From NCBI GenBank assembly GCA_051251855.1, contig JBPOGI010000001.1, positions 1,568,001 to 1,632,000 of the forward strand: a stretch of DNA of 64,000 nt. The letters are read 5' to 3'. Both the position numbers and the translations under genes were made by a program. Below, piece by piece: positions 53,027-63,585 of this stretch; position 1 is the stretch's first letter; each line of letters starts with the position of its first letter. Source of the stretch: Roseibacillus sp. GTDB taxonomy: Bacteria; Verrucomicrobiota; Verrucomicrobiia; Verrucomicrobiales; Akkermansiaceae. The notes beneath the pieces are model-generated. The model saw nothing but the letters and a program-made list of their open reading frames with translations. It did not search any database and was not told the DNA's origin.

Positions 53027-54985
53027 ATGAGCAAAAACATCGAGACTCACCTTCACGAAAAACGCATTTTCAAACCCAGCAAGGAGTTTTCAAAGCAGGC
53101 CCGCGTGTCCTCCATGGCAGAATACAAGCGCCTCTATCAAGAGTCCATCGACAAGCCCAACACCTTCTGGGCTCGCGAAGCGAAAGAACTCTCTTGGCAG
53201 AAGAAGTGGACCAAAGTTCTCAATTGGAAAGCCCCCTACGCGGAATGGTTTGTGGGCGGCAAGCTCAACGTCAGCGAAACCTGTCTCGACCAACACCTCA
53301 CCACTCATCGTCGCAACAAAGCCGCCATCATCTGGGAAGGCGAGCCCGGCGAAACTCGGACCCTAACCTACCTCCAACTCCATCGCGAAGTCTGCCTCTT
53401 CTCCAACGTCCTGCTCAACCAAGGCATCAAGTCCAAGGACCGCGTCATCATCTACATGCCCATGGTCCCCGAAGCAGCCATCGCCATGCTCGCCTGCGCA
53501 CGCATCGGAGCCGTTCATTCAGTCGTCTTCGGAGGCTTCTCGGCCGACTCCATTGCCGACCGCATCGAAGACTCCGGAGCCACTGCCGTCATCACCGCCG
53601 ATGGAGGTTACCGTCGCGGAAAAATCGTCCCTCTCAAAGCCAGTGTCGATGCCGCTCTTAAGAAGCAAAAAGGCATCAAGACCGTCATTGTCCACCAACG
53701 CACCGGTGAAGATGTCGCTATGAAAAAAGGACGCGACGTCTTCTGGCACGAGGAAGCCGCCAAAGCATCCCCCGAGCACCAAGCCAAAGCCTTCGACTCC
53801 GAGCACCCTCTCTTCATTCTCTACACCTCCGGCTCCACCGGTAAACCCAAAGGCATCCTGCACACCAGCGCAGGCTATCTCACCGGAGCCTACACCACCT
53901 GCAAATACATCTTCGACATGCGCGACGACGACGTCTACTGGTGCACCGCAGATGTCGGTTGGATCACTGGGCACACCTACATCGTCTACGGCCCCCTCGC
54001 AAACGGCGTCACCCAAGTGATGTATGAGGGCGCGCCCAACCATCCCGACTTCGGTCGCTTCTGGGACATGGTCGAGCGCCACAAAGTCTCCATCTTCTAC
54101 ACCGCTCCCACCGCCATCCGCGCCTTCATCAAGGCCGGCGACCACTTCCCCGAGAAACACGACCTCTCCTCCCTCCGTCTCCTCGGAACCGTCGGCGAAC
54201 CCATCAATCCGGAAGCTTGGATGTGGTATCACGAAAAGATCGGCGGCGAGCGCTGCCCCATCGTTGACACTTGGTGGCAAACCGAAACCGGAGCGATCAT
54301 GATTTCCCCTCTCCCCGGAGTCACCCCCACCGTCCCCGGAACCGCCACTCTACCTTTCTTCGGCATCGACGCCGCCATCCTCGATGAAAACGGCAACGAG
54401 TGCGCACCCAATGAAGGAGGCAAACTCGTCATTCGCAAGCCATGGCCTTCCATGACCCGCACCATCTACAAGGACAAGCCCCGCTACCGCAAAACCTATT
54501 GGGGTGACTACCCCGGCAAATACACCGCCGGCGACGGAGCCTTCCGCGACAAGAAAGGTAACTTCTGGATCGTCGGTCGCCTCGACGACGTTCTCAACGT
54601 CTCCGGCCATCGCCTCGGCACCGCCGAAGTCGAGTCCGCCCTCGTCGAACACAAAGCCGTCGCCGAAGCCGCGGTCGTTCCTCGTCCCCACGAAATCAAG
54701 GGCCAAGGCGTCGTCGCCTTCGTCACCTTAAAAGAAGGCGTCCTCGACAGCGCCAAGCTCAACCAAGAACTACGCTCTCACGTCGCCAACGCCATTGGAG
54801 CAATTGCCCGCCCCGACGAAATCCACTTCGCGCCCTCCCTTCCCAAAACCCGTTCCGGTAAAATCATGCGCCGCCTCCTTAAAGAGCTCGTCTCAACGGG
54901 AACCGTCTCTGGCAACATCACTACCTTAGAGGACGTCCAAGTCATTGAAACCTTGCAAAAAAGCATCGCCCAAGCCAAATCCTAA
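53027..54985 (+). CDS. acs: Acetyl-CoA synthetase
   Basis: [40 protein letters not shown]. Confidence 0.97.
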   Translation: MSKNIETHLHEKRIFKPSKEFSKQARVSSMAEYKRLYQESIDKPNTFWAREAKELSWQKKWTKVLNWKAPYAEWFVGGKLNVSETCLDQHLTTHRRNKAAIIWEGEPGETRTLTYLQLHREVCLFSNVLLNQGIKSKDRVIIYMPMVPEAAIAMLACARIGAVHSVVFGGFSADSIADRIEDSGATAVITADGGYRRGKIVPLKASVDAALKKQKGIKTVIVHQRTGEDVAMKKGRDVFWHEEAAKASPEHQAKAFDSEHPLFILYTSGSTGKPKGILHTSAGYLTGAYTTCKYIFDMRDDDVYWCTADVGWITGHTYIVYGPLANGVTQVMYEGAPNHPDFGRFWDMVERHKVSIFYTAPTAIRAFIKAGDHFPEKHDLSSLRLLGTVGEPINPEAWMWYHEKIGGERCPIVDTWWQTETGAIMISPLPGVTPTVPGTATLPFFGIDAAILDENGNECAPNEGGKLVIRKPWPSMTRTIYKDKPRYRKTYWGDYPGKYTAGDGAFRDKKGNFWIVGRLDDVLNVSGHRLGTAEVESALVEHKAVAEAAVVPRPHEIKGQGVVAFVTLKEGVLDSAKLNQELRSHVANAIGAIARPDEIHFAPSLPKTRSGKIMRRLLKELVSTGTVSGNITTLEDVQVIETLQKSIAQAKS

Positions 54986-54988
54986 TCA

Positions 54989-55858
54989 ATGACCCGCTCA
55001 GCCTACATCGTCGCAAGAGTGTTCTCGACCTTCGGACTTGCTCCTCTCGAGAAATTTCGTACTGCGGCTGCTTTTGAAGCCCACCTTCTGCGAGATGCCG
55101 AAACCATCATGGGCGAGTTAGCTTGGGACAGCCTCGAAGAGATGGAAGAGGTTTCCTCCGAATATTGGCAACTTCGTAAGATCACCAAAGCACGCGACGA
55201 ACTCGAGGTGAAGATTTCAGCTCTCAACGAAGAACTGGAAGAAGCACAGGAAGCTCGCGTCAGAGCCCTCGAAGAAGTCGCCGAAGTCACCAAGGATAAA
55301 GTTGATGCTCGCGACAAAGCTGCAGAAAAAATCGACCGACTGCATCAGGAACGAGACGATATTCAGCGCGATGGTCGGACCATTAAAAGAGTTCACTCCG
55401 GACTCAAAACAAAGCTCGAAGTCCTCCTGGAAGAATTTGATAACGAAGAGAGTCCCGACATCTCCAAGACTCGCGAAGAGCTAAAATTAAAACGCCTTCA
55501 GTTTGAAAAAATCAAAGAGAGGCACCGCACGATCGACAAACGTATCGCAGAGCTTCAAGAAGAACTCTCAGAACTCAACCAAGTGATTGAGAAAGAAAAC
55601 GATACCATTCGAGAAAAAGCCGAAAAGCAATTCAGCACGATTGGAAAGACAAACAAGGAGCTCACTGACCTTGGAAATAAAGTAGGAGTCATAGATGTAG
55701 AACGATCGGCACTTTTCGCCGAAGTTGGTCGCCACGTCCTTCAAAACTCAAAGGATCCAACGATTCGCAAAGCTGCACAGAAGCAACGAGGACTTTTGTC
55801 TCTCATCGATGAGATTCGCGCTTCATCCAATCGTCACCGACGCCTTATTGGCAACTAA
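54989..55858 (+). CDS. Hypothetical long coiled-coil protein
   Basis: 289 aa, E/K/L heptads; starts 3 nt after the acs stop. Confidence 0.75.
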   Translation: MTRSAYIVARVFSTFGLAPLEKFRTAAAFEAHLLRDAETIMGELAWDSLEEMEEVSSEYWQLRKITKARDELEVKISALNEELEEAQEARVRALEEVAEVTKDKVDARDKAAEKIDRLHQERDDIQRDGRTIKRVHSGLKTKLEVLLEEFDNEESPDISKTREELKLKRLQFEKIKERHRTIDKRIAELQEELSELNQVIEKENDTIREKAEKQFSTIGKTNKELTDLGNKVGVIDVERSALFAEVGRHVLQNSKDPTIRKAAQKQRGLLSLIDEIRASSNRHRRLIGN

Positions 55859-55911
55859 AAGTGCTTTGGTCTCCCTCCACCCCTTCCTCGAAAGCTTCGC
55901 GGACCAAACCG

Positions 55912-55961
55912 TAAGTGTAATAAACACACCTTTCCCTTGTTAAGTGCCAATAGAACACTAA
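55912..55961 (+). promoter_or_regulatory. Two candidate NrtR operators
   Basis: AAGTGT-AATAAAC-ACAC (GT-N7-AC) and AAGTGC-CAATAGA-ACACT just upstream of nrtR. Confidence 0.65.
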
Positions 55962-55970
55962 GGTGGGGTC

Positions 55971-56657
55971 ATGCCCACATACGAATACGCTCGCCCCGCC
56001 CTCACCACCGACTGCGTCGTCTTCGGCCTCGATGACGAGGATCTCAAAGTCCTCCTCATCAAACGTGGCCTCGCTCCCTTCAAGGGAAAGTGGGCTCTCC
56101 CTGGCGGATTCGTCCGAGTTGGCGAAGACCTCGAAGCCAGCGCCCGACGCGAACTCCAAGAAGAAACCGGCCTCAAGAAAGTCTTCCTCGAACAACTCTA
56201 CAGCTTCGGCCACCCCAAACGCGACCCGCGCGAGCACATCATCACCGTCTCCTACTACGCCCTCGTCAATCTCAACGAGCATCCCCCCACCGCCGACACC
56301 GATGCCGATGAGGCCGCTTGGTTCCCCTTCGACGACCTTCCCAAACTCGCCTTCGACCACAGCGAAATCCTAGCCACCGCCCAAGAACGCATCCGCTCCA
56401 AGCTCCGGCACACCCCTATCGGATTCGAACTCCTCCCTCGCAAGTTCACCCTCACCCAGCTGCAAAGTCTCTACGAACGCATCCTTGGAAAACCCCTCGA
56501 TAAACGCAACTTCCGCAAAAAACTCCTCAAGCTCGAAATCCTCGAAGAAACCGACGAAATCGAACAAGACGTCGCTCACCGTGCCGCCCGACTCTACCGC
56601 TTCGACCGCAATGCATACGAGAAAAAGACCAAGGCTGGCCTCAATCTAGAAATCTAA
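55971..56657 (+). CDS. nrtR: Nudix-related transcriptional regulator
   Basis: [27 protein letters not shown], wHTH FTLTQLQ...DKRNFRK...AARLY; upstream of pncA. Confidence 0.9.
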   Translation: MPTYEYARPALTTDCVVFGLDDEDLKVLLIKRGLAPFKGKWALPGGFVRVGEDLEASARRELQEETGLKKVFLEQLYSFGHPKRDPREHIITVSYYALVNLNEHPPTADTDADEAAWFPFDDLPKLAFDHSEILATAQERIRSKLRHTPIGFELLPRKFTLTQLQSLYERILGKPLDKRNFRKKLLKLEILEETDEIEQDVAHRAARLYRFDRNAYEKKTKAGLNLEI

Positions 56658-56666
56658 CAACCACTC

Positions 56667-57287
56667 ATGAAAGCTCTCCTCATAGTAGACCTTCAAAACG
56701 ACTTCCTCCCCGGCGGAGCCCTCGGCGTCAACGGTGGCGACGAACTCGTTCCTCATATCAACGAACTTCTCCCCCACTACGACCTCGTTGTCGCCACCCA
56801 GGACTGGCACCCCGCCGACCACGGCAGTTTTGCCAGTAATCATCCCGGCAAGGAAATCGGCGACACCATCAAACTCGCCGGCCTTCCCCAAATCCTCTGG
56901 CCCACCCACTGCGTGCAAGGAACCACCGGAGCCAACTTCGCCCCCGGACTCGACACTGGCCGAATCGACACCGTCTTTCGCAAAGGCATCGACCCCGCCA
57001 TCGACAGCTACAGCGGCTTTTACGACAATGGCCATCGCAACAGCACTGGGCTCGCCGACTACCTCCGCGACAAAGGAGTCTCCAACCTCCACGTCTGCGG
57101 CATCGCCACCGACTACTGCGTCAAATTCACCGTCCTCGACGCCCTCAAAGAAAATTTTCCCACCACCCTTCTCACCGACGCCTGCCGCGGAGTCGACCTC
57201 ACCCTTGGCGACATTGAGCGAGCCCTTCAGGAGATGAAAGCCGCAGGAGCAGAAACCCATGAAGAGGCGGCCTTTACTGCAGCCTAA
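56667..57287 (+). CDS. pncA: Nicotinamidase/pyrazinamidase
   Basis: VDLQNDF, QDWHP, WPTHC, DSYSGF, GIATDYCV. Confidence 0.95.
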   Translation: MKALLIVDLQNDFLPGGALGVNGGDELVPHINELLPHYDLVVATQDWHPADHGSFASNHPGKEIGDTIKLAGLPQILWPTHCVQGTTGANFAPGLDTGRIDTVFRKGIDPAIDSYSGFYDNGHRNSTGLADYLRDKGVSNLHVCGIATDYCVKFTVLDALKENFPTTLLTDACRGVDLTLGDIERALQEMKAAGAETHEEAAFTAA

Positions 57288-57334
57288 ACTACAAAATCGG
57301 TGGCAAACCTACTCAAACCCGCTATCTTTCCCTC

Positions 57335-57715
57335 ATGATTACTCTTTCTCCCAAGGCGGCCATCGCCCTCAAGGACCTCCTAGCCAAGAAGGAGGCTCCC
57401 CCTTCCGCAGGCCTGCGTCTCGCCATTGAGCGTGGAGGCTGCGCAGGCCTCGCCTATACCATGCGTGTTTCTGAGCCTCAAGAAGGAGACACCATCGTCG
57501 AACTCGATGGCGCTCGAGTCCTCGTCGCCGCCGACTCCATGGAAAACCTCTCAGGCTCGGTGCTCGACTACTCCGACAGCCTCTCCGACGCCGGATTCAA
57601 GATCACCAACCCCAATGCCGCTCGCTCCTGTGGTTGCGGCACCTCCTTCGAACCTGCCGAAGAAGGCAAAAAACCTGAATACGACCCCGCCCTCGACGGC
57701 ACCGCCTGCCGTTAA
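57335..57715 (+). CDS. HesB/IscA family Fe-S cluster assembly protein
   Basis: GGCAG and NPNAARSCGCGTSF. Confidence 0.92.
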   Translation: MITLSPKAAIALKDLLAKKEAPPSAGLRLAIERGGCAGLAYTMRVSEPQEGDTIVELDGARVLVAADSMENLSGSVLDYSDSLSDAGFKITNPNAARSCGCGTSFEPAEEGKKPEYDPALDGTACR

Positions 57716-57716
57716 T

Positions 57717-57808
57717 TGGGAGCGCCGGTTTTCAACCGGCCCCAGCGGTTGATGGCCACTATCCGGAGGAGTCGAACCGACGGAGCCGGTCGAAGACCAG
57801 CGCTCCCA
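57717..57808. repeat. REP-like inverted doublet between convergent genes
   Basis: TGGGAGCGCCGGTTTTCAACCGGC (57717-57740) and GCCGGTCGAAGACCAGCGCTCCCA (57785-57808). Confidence 0.75.
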
Positions 57809-57816
57809 GTGGCTCA

Positions 57817-58380
57817 CTAGCTCTTCAAAAAGTTCGCCAACAGATTCTTCCCCTCCGCCGTCAAAATCGACTCCGGATGAAACTGCACCCCATGAATCTC
57901 GTGCTCCTTATGCTTGAGCCCCATGATTTCTCCCTCTTCGGTCCAAGCAGTCACCTCCAAGCACTCAGGCAAAGTATCCTTCTTCACAATCAGTGAATGA
58001 TATCTTGTCGCCACAAAAGGCTGAGGAAGACCTTTGAAGACACTCGCCCCCTCATGCTGCATCATGGAAGTCTTTCCATGCATCAAACGGTCCGCTCTCA
58101 CCACATCCCCACCGAAGGCCTGCGCAATTGATTGGTGTCCGAGACAGACTCCCAGAATCGGCACTTTGCCACCAAACCTCTTCACAACCTCAACACTGAC
58201 CCCCGCTTCATTCGGGCTACAGGGGCCAGGCGAAATCACGATCTTATCAGGCTTGAGCGCCTCGATTTCATCAATCGTCAATTCGTCATTACGAATCACT
58301 TTCATGTCTGCACCTAACTCCCCAAAGTATTGCACTAGATTGTAGGTAAAAGAATCGTAGTTATCGATAACAAGCAGCAT
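57817..58380 (-). CDS. trpG: Anthranilate synthase component II (glutamine amidotransferase)
   Basis: [32 protein letters not shown]. Confidence 0.92.
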   Translation of the reverse strand: MLLVIDNYDSFTYNLVQYFGELGADMKVIRNDELTIDEIEALKPDKIVISPGPCSPNEAGVSVEVVKRFGGKVPILGVCLGHQSIAQAFGGDVVRADRLMHGKTSMMQHEGASVFKGLPQPFVATRYHSLIVKKDTLPECLEVTAWTEEGEIMGLKHKEHEIHGVQFHPESILTAEGKNLLANFLKS

Positions 58381-58382
58381 GA

Positions 58383-59915
58383 CTAAGAAGTAGTTTCAGG
58401 TTTTAAAAGGGTTTTCGCTAGACCAATGGCGCGCATCATTCCTGCCGCCTTGTTAGCCGTTTCTTCAAACTCAGAGGCCGGCACACTATCAGCAACCACC
58501 CCCGCGCCCGCCTGCACATAAGCTTTCCCGTCTTTCAACAGGACCGTGCGCAGCGCAATACAGGAGTCGTGACTCCCATCCCAACCAAAGTAACCCACCG
58601 CCCCCGAGTAAGCTCCACGCTTCGTCGTTTCAAGCTCATTGATAATTTGCATAGCCCGAATCTTAGGCGCGCCACTTACCGTTCCCGCTGGGAAAGTCGA
58701 CCGCAAAACATCGTAACTACTATGAGTATCGTCGAGTCTTCCGCTCACATTAGAAACTATGTGCATCACGTGGCTGTAGCGCTCCACAATCATGAAGTCA
58801 TCCACCGAAACACTGCCATGCTGTGAGATACGCCCGACATCGTTGCGCGCCAAGTCCACCAACATGAGATGCTCCGCGCACTCCTTCTTGTCAGCCAACA
58901 AGTCCGCCGCCAAAGCATCATCTTCCGCCTCCGTCTTCCCCCTCCAACGCGTTCCCGCAATAGGACGAATATCAATCCGCCCCTCAATAGCGCGCACATG
59001 AACCTCCGGTGAACTGCCCACCAGAGAAAAACCATCTAACTCGAGGATAAACAAATACGGGGAAGGATTTACATGCCGCAAAGCCCGATAGAGGTCCGTC
59101 GCACCACCCTCAAAGTCTGTCTCGAATCGCTGACTCGGCACGATTTGAAAAGCATCTCCGGCTCCAATGTATTCCTGAGCTTTGCGCACATTATCCTCAT
59201 AGCGCTCGCGGGTGACATTGCTCTTCGTCACCGGCGTCTCATAATCCACCAATCCGTTCAACGCGGGAACCTGCAGCGGCCGTTCCAGCATCTCCTCCAA
59301 CGCCGCAATTCTCCCACGCGCATCAGCCCATGCATCTTCGGGAGTGTCGTGCTCGTCCAAAAAGGCATTCGCCACCACCAAAAGGCGTCTCAGCTTGTGG
59401 TCAAAGATGAGAACCTCCCCCGAAATCATAAACAATGACTCCGGCAAGCCCAAATCATCCTCAGGCGTCGTCTTGATGCTCGGCTCAAAGGTCCTGACCG
59501 CATCATATCCCAAATAGCCCACTGCTCCGCCGAAAAACGGCGGCGCGTCTCCATGCTCCACCACCTTGTAGCGGCCCATCACCTTTTCCAGCTCAGCCAA
59601 AGGATCGCCCTCCAACTGCTCTGTCTCTTTACCATCCCAAGCCACCGAACACTTCGTGCCATCGGAACGAAAGACTCCCCGCGGACTTGTGCCCACCAAC
59701 GACCAACGTCCGCTGGCATCCGTGCTTTCCGCGCTCTCTAGGAGAAATCCCCACTGACCATCACGAATCTTCAAGTAGGCCGATAACGGGGTCTCAAAGT
59801 CTGCCGCCAACTGGGCATAGACCGGCACCACGTTTCCCTGCTTTGCCAACTCGCAAAACTCTTCTATTTTCGGTTGAACCGCCACCTCTCGCACGTGCGA
59901 AACCCTAGCGACCAT
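58383..59915 (-). CDS. trpE: Anthranilate synthase component I
   Basis: [41 protein letters not shown]; exact start uncertain. Confidence 0.92.
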   Translation of the reverse strand: MVARVSHVREVAVQPKIEEFCELAKQGNVVPVYAQLAADFETPLSAYLKIRDGQWGFLLESAESTDASGRWSLVGTSPRGVFRSDGTKCSVAWDGKETEQLEGDPLAELEKVMGRYKVVEHGDAPPFFGGAVGYLGYDAVRTFEPSIKTTPEDDLGLPESLFMISGEVLIFDHKLRRLLVVANAFLDEHDTPEDAWADARGRIAALEEMLERPLQVPALNGLVDYETPVTKSNVTRERYEDNVRKAQEYIGAGDAFQIVPSQRFETDFEGGATDLYRALRHVNPSPYLFILELDGFSLVGSSPEVHVRAIEGRIDIRPIAGTRWRGKTEAEDDALAADLLADKKECAEHLMLVDLARNDVGRISQHGSVSVDDFMIVERYSHVMHIVSNVSGRLDDTHSSYDVLRSTFPAGTVSGAPKIRAMQIINELETTKRGAYSGAVGYFGWDGSHDSCIALRTVLLKDGKAYVQAGAGVVADSVPASEFEETANKAAGMMRAIGLAKTLLKPETTS

Positions 59916-60034
59916 TTCGCGAAGTCCAATCCTTGATTTTTAGGGCGACAGAACTTTTTTTGCTCAATTACGCGACCTTTTCTTGCCCTAAGCACAAAGT
60001 TTCTCCATCTTCGCCGCTCGACGCTGAAATCCCC

Positions 60035-60122
60035 GGAGGGGTGGCAGAGTGGTCGAATGCACTGGTCTTGAAAACCAGCGTAGGGAAACCTACCGTGGGT
60101 TCGAATCCCACCCCCTCCGCCA
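60035..60122 (+). tRNA. tRNA-Ser (TGA)
   Basis: GGAGGGG acceptor stem, CTGGT-CTTGAAA-ACCAG, long variable arm, GTTCGAATC, CCA end. Confidence 0.97.
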
Positions 60123-60288
60123 GCTTCCTTTTTTCCCCGCAATCAGGAGCCTCCGATAACGGTTCCCAGTTGCCGTTCTCTTTCCAAGCTCAACAACAGC
60201 ATCCCTCGTCTTTTCGCGGAAAATCACTGTTTCCAAACTGAGAAATCCAGCTTTCATTCCAAGATGGGCTAGTTCACGGAAAACTTTA

Positions 60289-60333
60289 AAGTGGCCATAA
60301 GTCTGTTTTCTGGGCACTTATGGCCACTTATAG
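60289..60333. repeat. Left palindromic boundary element of the ATPase gene
   Basis: AAGTGGCCATAAGT-ctgttttctgggc-ACTTATGGCCACTT-ATAG, ending 3 nt before the ATG. Confidence 0.92.
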
Positions 60334-60336
60334 AAA

Positions 60337-61761
60337 ATGAAACTGACGGGTCGGGAACAGGAAATCAAGAAGCTCAACCTGCTGCTGAAGAGCAAGGAAG
60401 CTGAATTCCTAGCCCTTTATGGACGACGACGGATCGGTAAGACTTTTCTCATTGAGCAACACTTCAAGAAAGAGCTTTGCTTCCAATTGAACGGCCAGAA
60501 GGACGGCACTCTGAAGGAACAGCTCGGAAATTTTCATAGCACGCTCAGTGACCGGAGTCGGAAGAAGCGGAACTGCCCGGGGTCTTGGCAGGAAGCCTTT
60601 CAGCAACTCACCGCCCACCTCAAAACACTGCGGGGAAAGGGCAAGTATGTCGTCTTCCTCGATGAGTTGCCCTGGTTGGCGAGCCCACGTTCGCGCTTCC
60701 TGCAGGCTCTCGATTACTTTTGGAACAGCTTTCTCAGCAAAGACCCGCGCTTCATTCTCGTCATCTGCGGTTCGGCCGCCTCGTGGATGATTGCCAAGGT
60801 CATTGATCACAAAGGCGGTCTTCACAATCGAGTGACCGCTCGCATCAAACTCAATCCCTTCACCCTGGCGGAAAGTGCTCAATTTCTGCGTTCACGCGGG
60901 GTCAAACTCACTCCCTACGATCAGCTCACACTGGCGATGGTGATGGGCGGAGTCCCCCACTATCTCAAGGAAGTCCAAGCCGGCCAATCGGCCGTGCAGG
61001 CTATTGATGCCAGCTGCTTTCATCCTTCCGGCCTTCTCCACGACGAGTTCAATCGCCTCTACACCTCCCTCTTTGATAGCTCGGACCGTCATGTCGAACT
61101 GGTGCGTGAACTGGCGAAGCATCCGCAAGGATTGACCCGCAAGGACCTCACCAGCGCCTACAAGTCAGGCGGGCGACTGACGCACACTCTCACCGAACTC
61201 GAAGAGGCAGGTTTCATCAGCATTCAGAATCCTTTTGAGAAAACCAACCGCGACGCCCTCTACCGCTTGGCCGACGAGTTCTCCCTCTTCTTTCTCAAGT
61301 GGATGGATGGAAAGCGAAGCACTGGGAGCTTTGCCAAAAAATTCAAAACACCTGCTTGGCATGCCTGGAGTGGTTACGCTCTTGAGTCCATCGCCCACAA
61401 GCACATCGCACATATCAAGACCGAGATCGGAATCGCGCAAATCGAGACCGAACATTGTTGCTGGGTTCATCGTGCTAACAAGACTTGGCCGCAAGGAGCA
61501 CAAGTGGATCTCCTCATCGACCGCGCGGATCGCAGCATCAACTTAGTCGAAATCAAATTCTCGCAAGGCCCCTTCACCATCAAGAAGAGCTATGCCGCCG
61601 AGCTCCGTCGCAAAGTGCAGGTCTTCCGCGAAGTGACCGGCACTCCCAAAAACGTCTTCCTGACCTTCCTCACCACCAACGGGCTCACCGAAAACGCGTA
61701 CGCGAGCGAGCTGGTAGACACCGCCATCACCACTGAATCACTCTTCAAGGAAATCCTATAA
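60337..61761 (+). CDS. AAA-type ('archaeal ATPase') protein with winged-helix region and C-terminal PD-(D/E)XK nuclease-like domain
   Basis: Walker A YGRRRIGKT, Walker B VVFLDE, CGSAASWM, GGVPHYL, C-terminal QVDLLIDRAD...LVEIKFS. Confidence 0.85.
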   Translation: MKLTGREQEIKKLNLLLKSKEAEFLALYGRRRIGKTFLIEQHFKKELCFQLNGQKDGTLKEQLGNFHSTLSDRSRKKRNCPGSWQEAFQQLTAHLKTLRGKGKYVVFLDELPWLASPRSRFLQALDYFWNSFLSKDPRFILVICGSAASWMIAKVIDHKGGLHNRVTARIKLNPFTLAESAQFLRSRGVKLTPYDQLTLAMVMGGVPHYLKEVQAGQSAVQAIDASCFHPSGLLHDEFNRLYTSLFDSSDRHVELVRELAKHPQGLTRKDLTSAYKSGGRLTHTLTELEEAGFISIQNPFEKTNRDALYRLADEFSLFFLKWMDGKRSTGSFAKKFKTPAWHAWSGYALESIAHKHIAHIKTEIGIAQIETEHCCWVHRANKTWPQGAQVDLLIDRADRSINLVEIKFSQGPFTIKKSYAAELRRKVQVFREVTGTPKNVFLTFLTTNGLTENAYASELVDTAITTESLFKEIL

Positions 61762-61804
61762 GTGGCCATAAGTCCTCAAAAAACAGACTTATGGCCACTT
61801 ATAG
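61756..61804. repeat. Right palindromic boundary element of the ATPase gene
   Basis: CTATAAGTGGCCATAAGTC-ctcaaaaaaca-GACTTATGGCCACTTATAG, perfect 19-bp arms, containing the TAA stop. Confidence 0.92.
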
Positions 61805-62033
61805 CGAAAACCCTTCTCCGGATTTTTAGGAACAGAGTCCTTCAATCGCCTCAGACTCACCCTGAATTCAGGCTGAAAAAACAAGGATGAGAGAGACCGC
61901 GAAAACAGCGAAATGAGCGAAAAAGAATCAGGCCGAAATTGGACTTCGTTCTTTGAGCAAGTTTCGCCCCTCCCCCGCGCTCCAAACGATTCCTCTCTGT
62001 CTCGTTGTCGTCGGACTTCTTTTCCTCACATCC

Positions 62034-62112
62034 TCCAGACGGAGCGCGGATCTTTAGTCCGCCCCACTGCCATGATGACGGATCGTTGGGGCAGGCTAAA
62101 GACCCGCGTTCC
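62034..62112. repeat. REP-like doublet; first 38 nt repeated at 63586-63623
   Basis: GGAGCGCGGATCTTTAGTCCGCC...GGCAGGCTAAAGACCCGCGTTCC. Confidence 0.75.
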
Positions 62113-62262
62113 ATCAGGTCGACCTAGACTGTAGCCATAGTGGTAAGGCATGAGCCTCAAGATTTGGTCTCGAGCGCTTTCATCTCTTCCAAACTGATCC
62201 GGCGATCACTCACCTTCTTTTTCGTAAATCTTCTAGGAGTACCATCAGGGCGATGACTTACG

Positions 62263-63441
62263 CTATTCCTCTTCTTGGATGGTCGCCAAGACCTCAGAAA
62301 TACGACTCTCAGGCACGTCCCATTCTCGGAGGGCGCTGGCCACCATTCCGGGTTGAGAAAACCCGCGAAGAGCACTCAACTCTTCGATTCTCGCTTCGTT
62401 GTCCGGGAGGTCGTTGAGTAATTCTTGAGACATCATAAAACCTGTTGGGGGCCGGCTAGAGAGGGCTGCGAGGCGGAGCTGTCGTGCGGGTTCCTCTTCC
62501 ATCAGGGGAAGAATCTTCCGTGTCCTAGGGCTGTTGTTCACGAAGTCGGAATTCTCGACAAGCTTATCGAATTGGTTACGAGAGAGTGCTGATAGACGCT
62601 CTGCCATTACGGTATGGCTTTCGATGCTACCAATTTTCTTTTCAAGACCGTAAAGAGCCATCGAGAAGCTCACTCTTTTTCCGTCCAAAGAACGGTCAAG
62701 GGCATAGTCGATAGCAGCATCAGGATCTCTTTCAACCCATTCTTTGAGCGGAGAAGTGGAGATTGCGGCTCTCGGCACTTCATCTCTCATGCCATCGAGA
62801 AGTCGCTCAAAATCGAAGTCTTCGGGGTAATCCATCCCCACCCCTTGACCCTGATTGGTATCATTTTTTGGAAGGCGTTTCATGGTGGCTAGTAAAGCTT
62901 CCGCTCCTTCCGCAGCCGATTGAAGGAAGGCCTTTCGAACCGTTCCGGCGAGTGGGCTAATGAAGGCTCCCACAGAATGCTTTTCGCATTCACAATAGAG
63001 CTCAAAGGCGAGCTCGGGTTCGCTGCGAGCGAGAACCGAGGCCACGGAGCACAAGGCCACTTCTTGCTTCTTGCCTTTCTGGCTGCGGACCCAGGCAATA
63101 CAGCCCTCTTGGTCTCTTTTGAGCCACTCTCCGAAAAGCCGTTGCAGAAGACGGACATCATCACGCCCCATCCCACCCCACATTCCGCCCATCGCTTCGT
63201 TCACAAGAAACGGAAGTTCATCGTCGTCCGCCTCTTTTGCGACCGAGGGGCCTTCACTCTCCAAACGGCTGATGAGCTGGGTCAGCCTACTGGCGGACTT
63301 GGCTTCGCTCGTATTGGATTTCATTCCCTGCGCACTCTTGGTGGGAGCGGCCTTCACGAGGGGAGTTTTCTCAGGTTTAACGAGCCAGCCAAGAGTGAAA
63401 CCAATGAGCAAAGTTCCAAAAGCAATCACACTAGTCTTCAT
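62263..63441 (-). CDS. Hypothetical membrane-anchored alpha-helical protein
   Basis: N-terminal hydrophobic anchor; repeated W-x-x-RD motifs (WLKRDQEG, WVERDPDAA). Confidence 0.75.
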   Translation of the reverse strand: MKTSVIAFGTLLIGFTLGWLVKPEKTPLVKAAPTKSAQGMKSNTSEAKSASRLTQLISRLESEGPSVAKEADDDELPFLVNEAMGGMWGGMGRDDVRLLQRLFGEWLKRDQEGCIAWVRSQKGKKQEVALCSVASVLARSEPELAFELYCECEKHSVGAFISPLAGTVRKAFLQSAAEGAEALLATMKRLPKNDTNQGQGVGMDYPEDFDFERLLDGMRDEVPRAAISTSPLKEWVERDPDAAIDYALDRSLDGKRVSFSMALYGLEKKIGSIESHTVMAERLSALSRNQFDKLVENSDFVNNSPRTRKILPLMEEEPARQLRLAALSSRPPTGFMMSQELLNDLPDNEARIEELSALRGFSQPGMVASALREWDVPESRISEVLATIQEEE

Positions 63442-63585
63442 TCCTTCTAGAGCGTTCTCTAGTGGCCTTTTTTTGTCGATATCTCTTTTAGAGAGAAAAT
63501 TCTTTTGACCAGAACCCTAACCCTTACCCTTACCTCCGCCTGCTGGACTGGAGACTCCGCTTGGCAAGCCACCGGGAAAGGATAG

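Noticed and set aside
60035..60122. tRNA with TGA in the anticodon loop as a possible tRNA-Sec or UGA suppressor
   Set aside because: Anticodon TGA reads UCA (Ser); Sec needs anticodon TCA. The 7-bp acceptor stem is canonical.
61896..61925. ACCGCGAAAACAGCGAAATGAGCGAAAA short GCGAAA repeat
   Set aside because: Single degenerate copy, probably a remnant of a dispersed repeat; not supportable as a feature.
63516..63540. AACCCTAACCCTTACCCTTACCTCCGCC as a telomere-like repeat or tRNA-Ser attR
   Set aside because: Only 3-4 degenerate hexamers and an 8-nt match to the tRNA 3' end; no integrase nearby.
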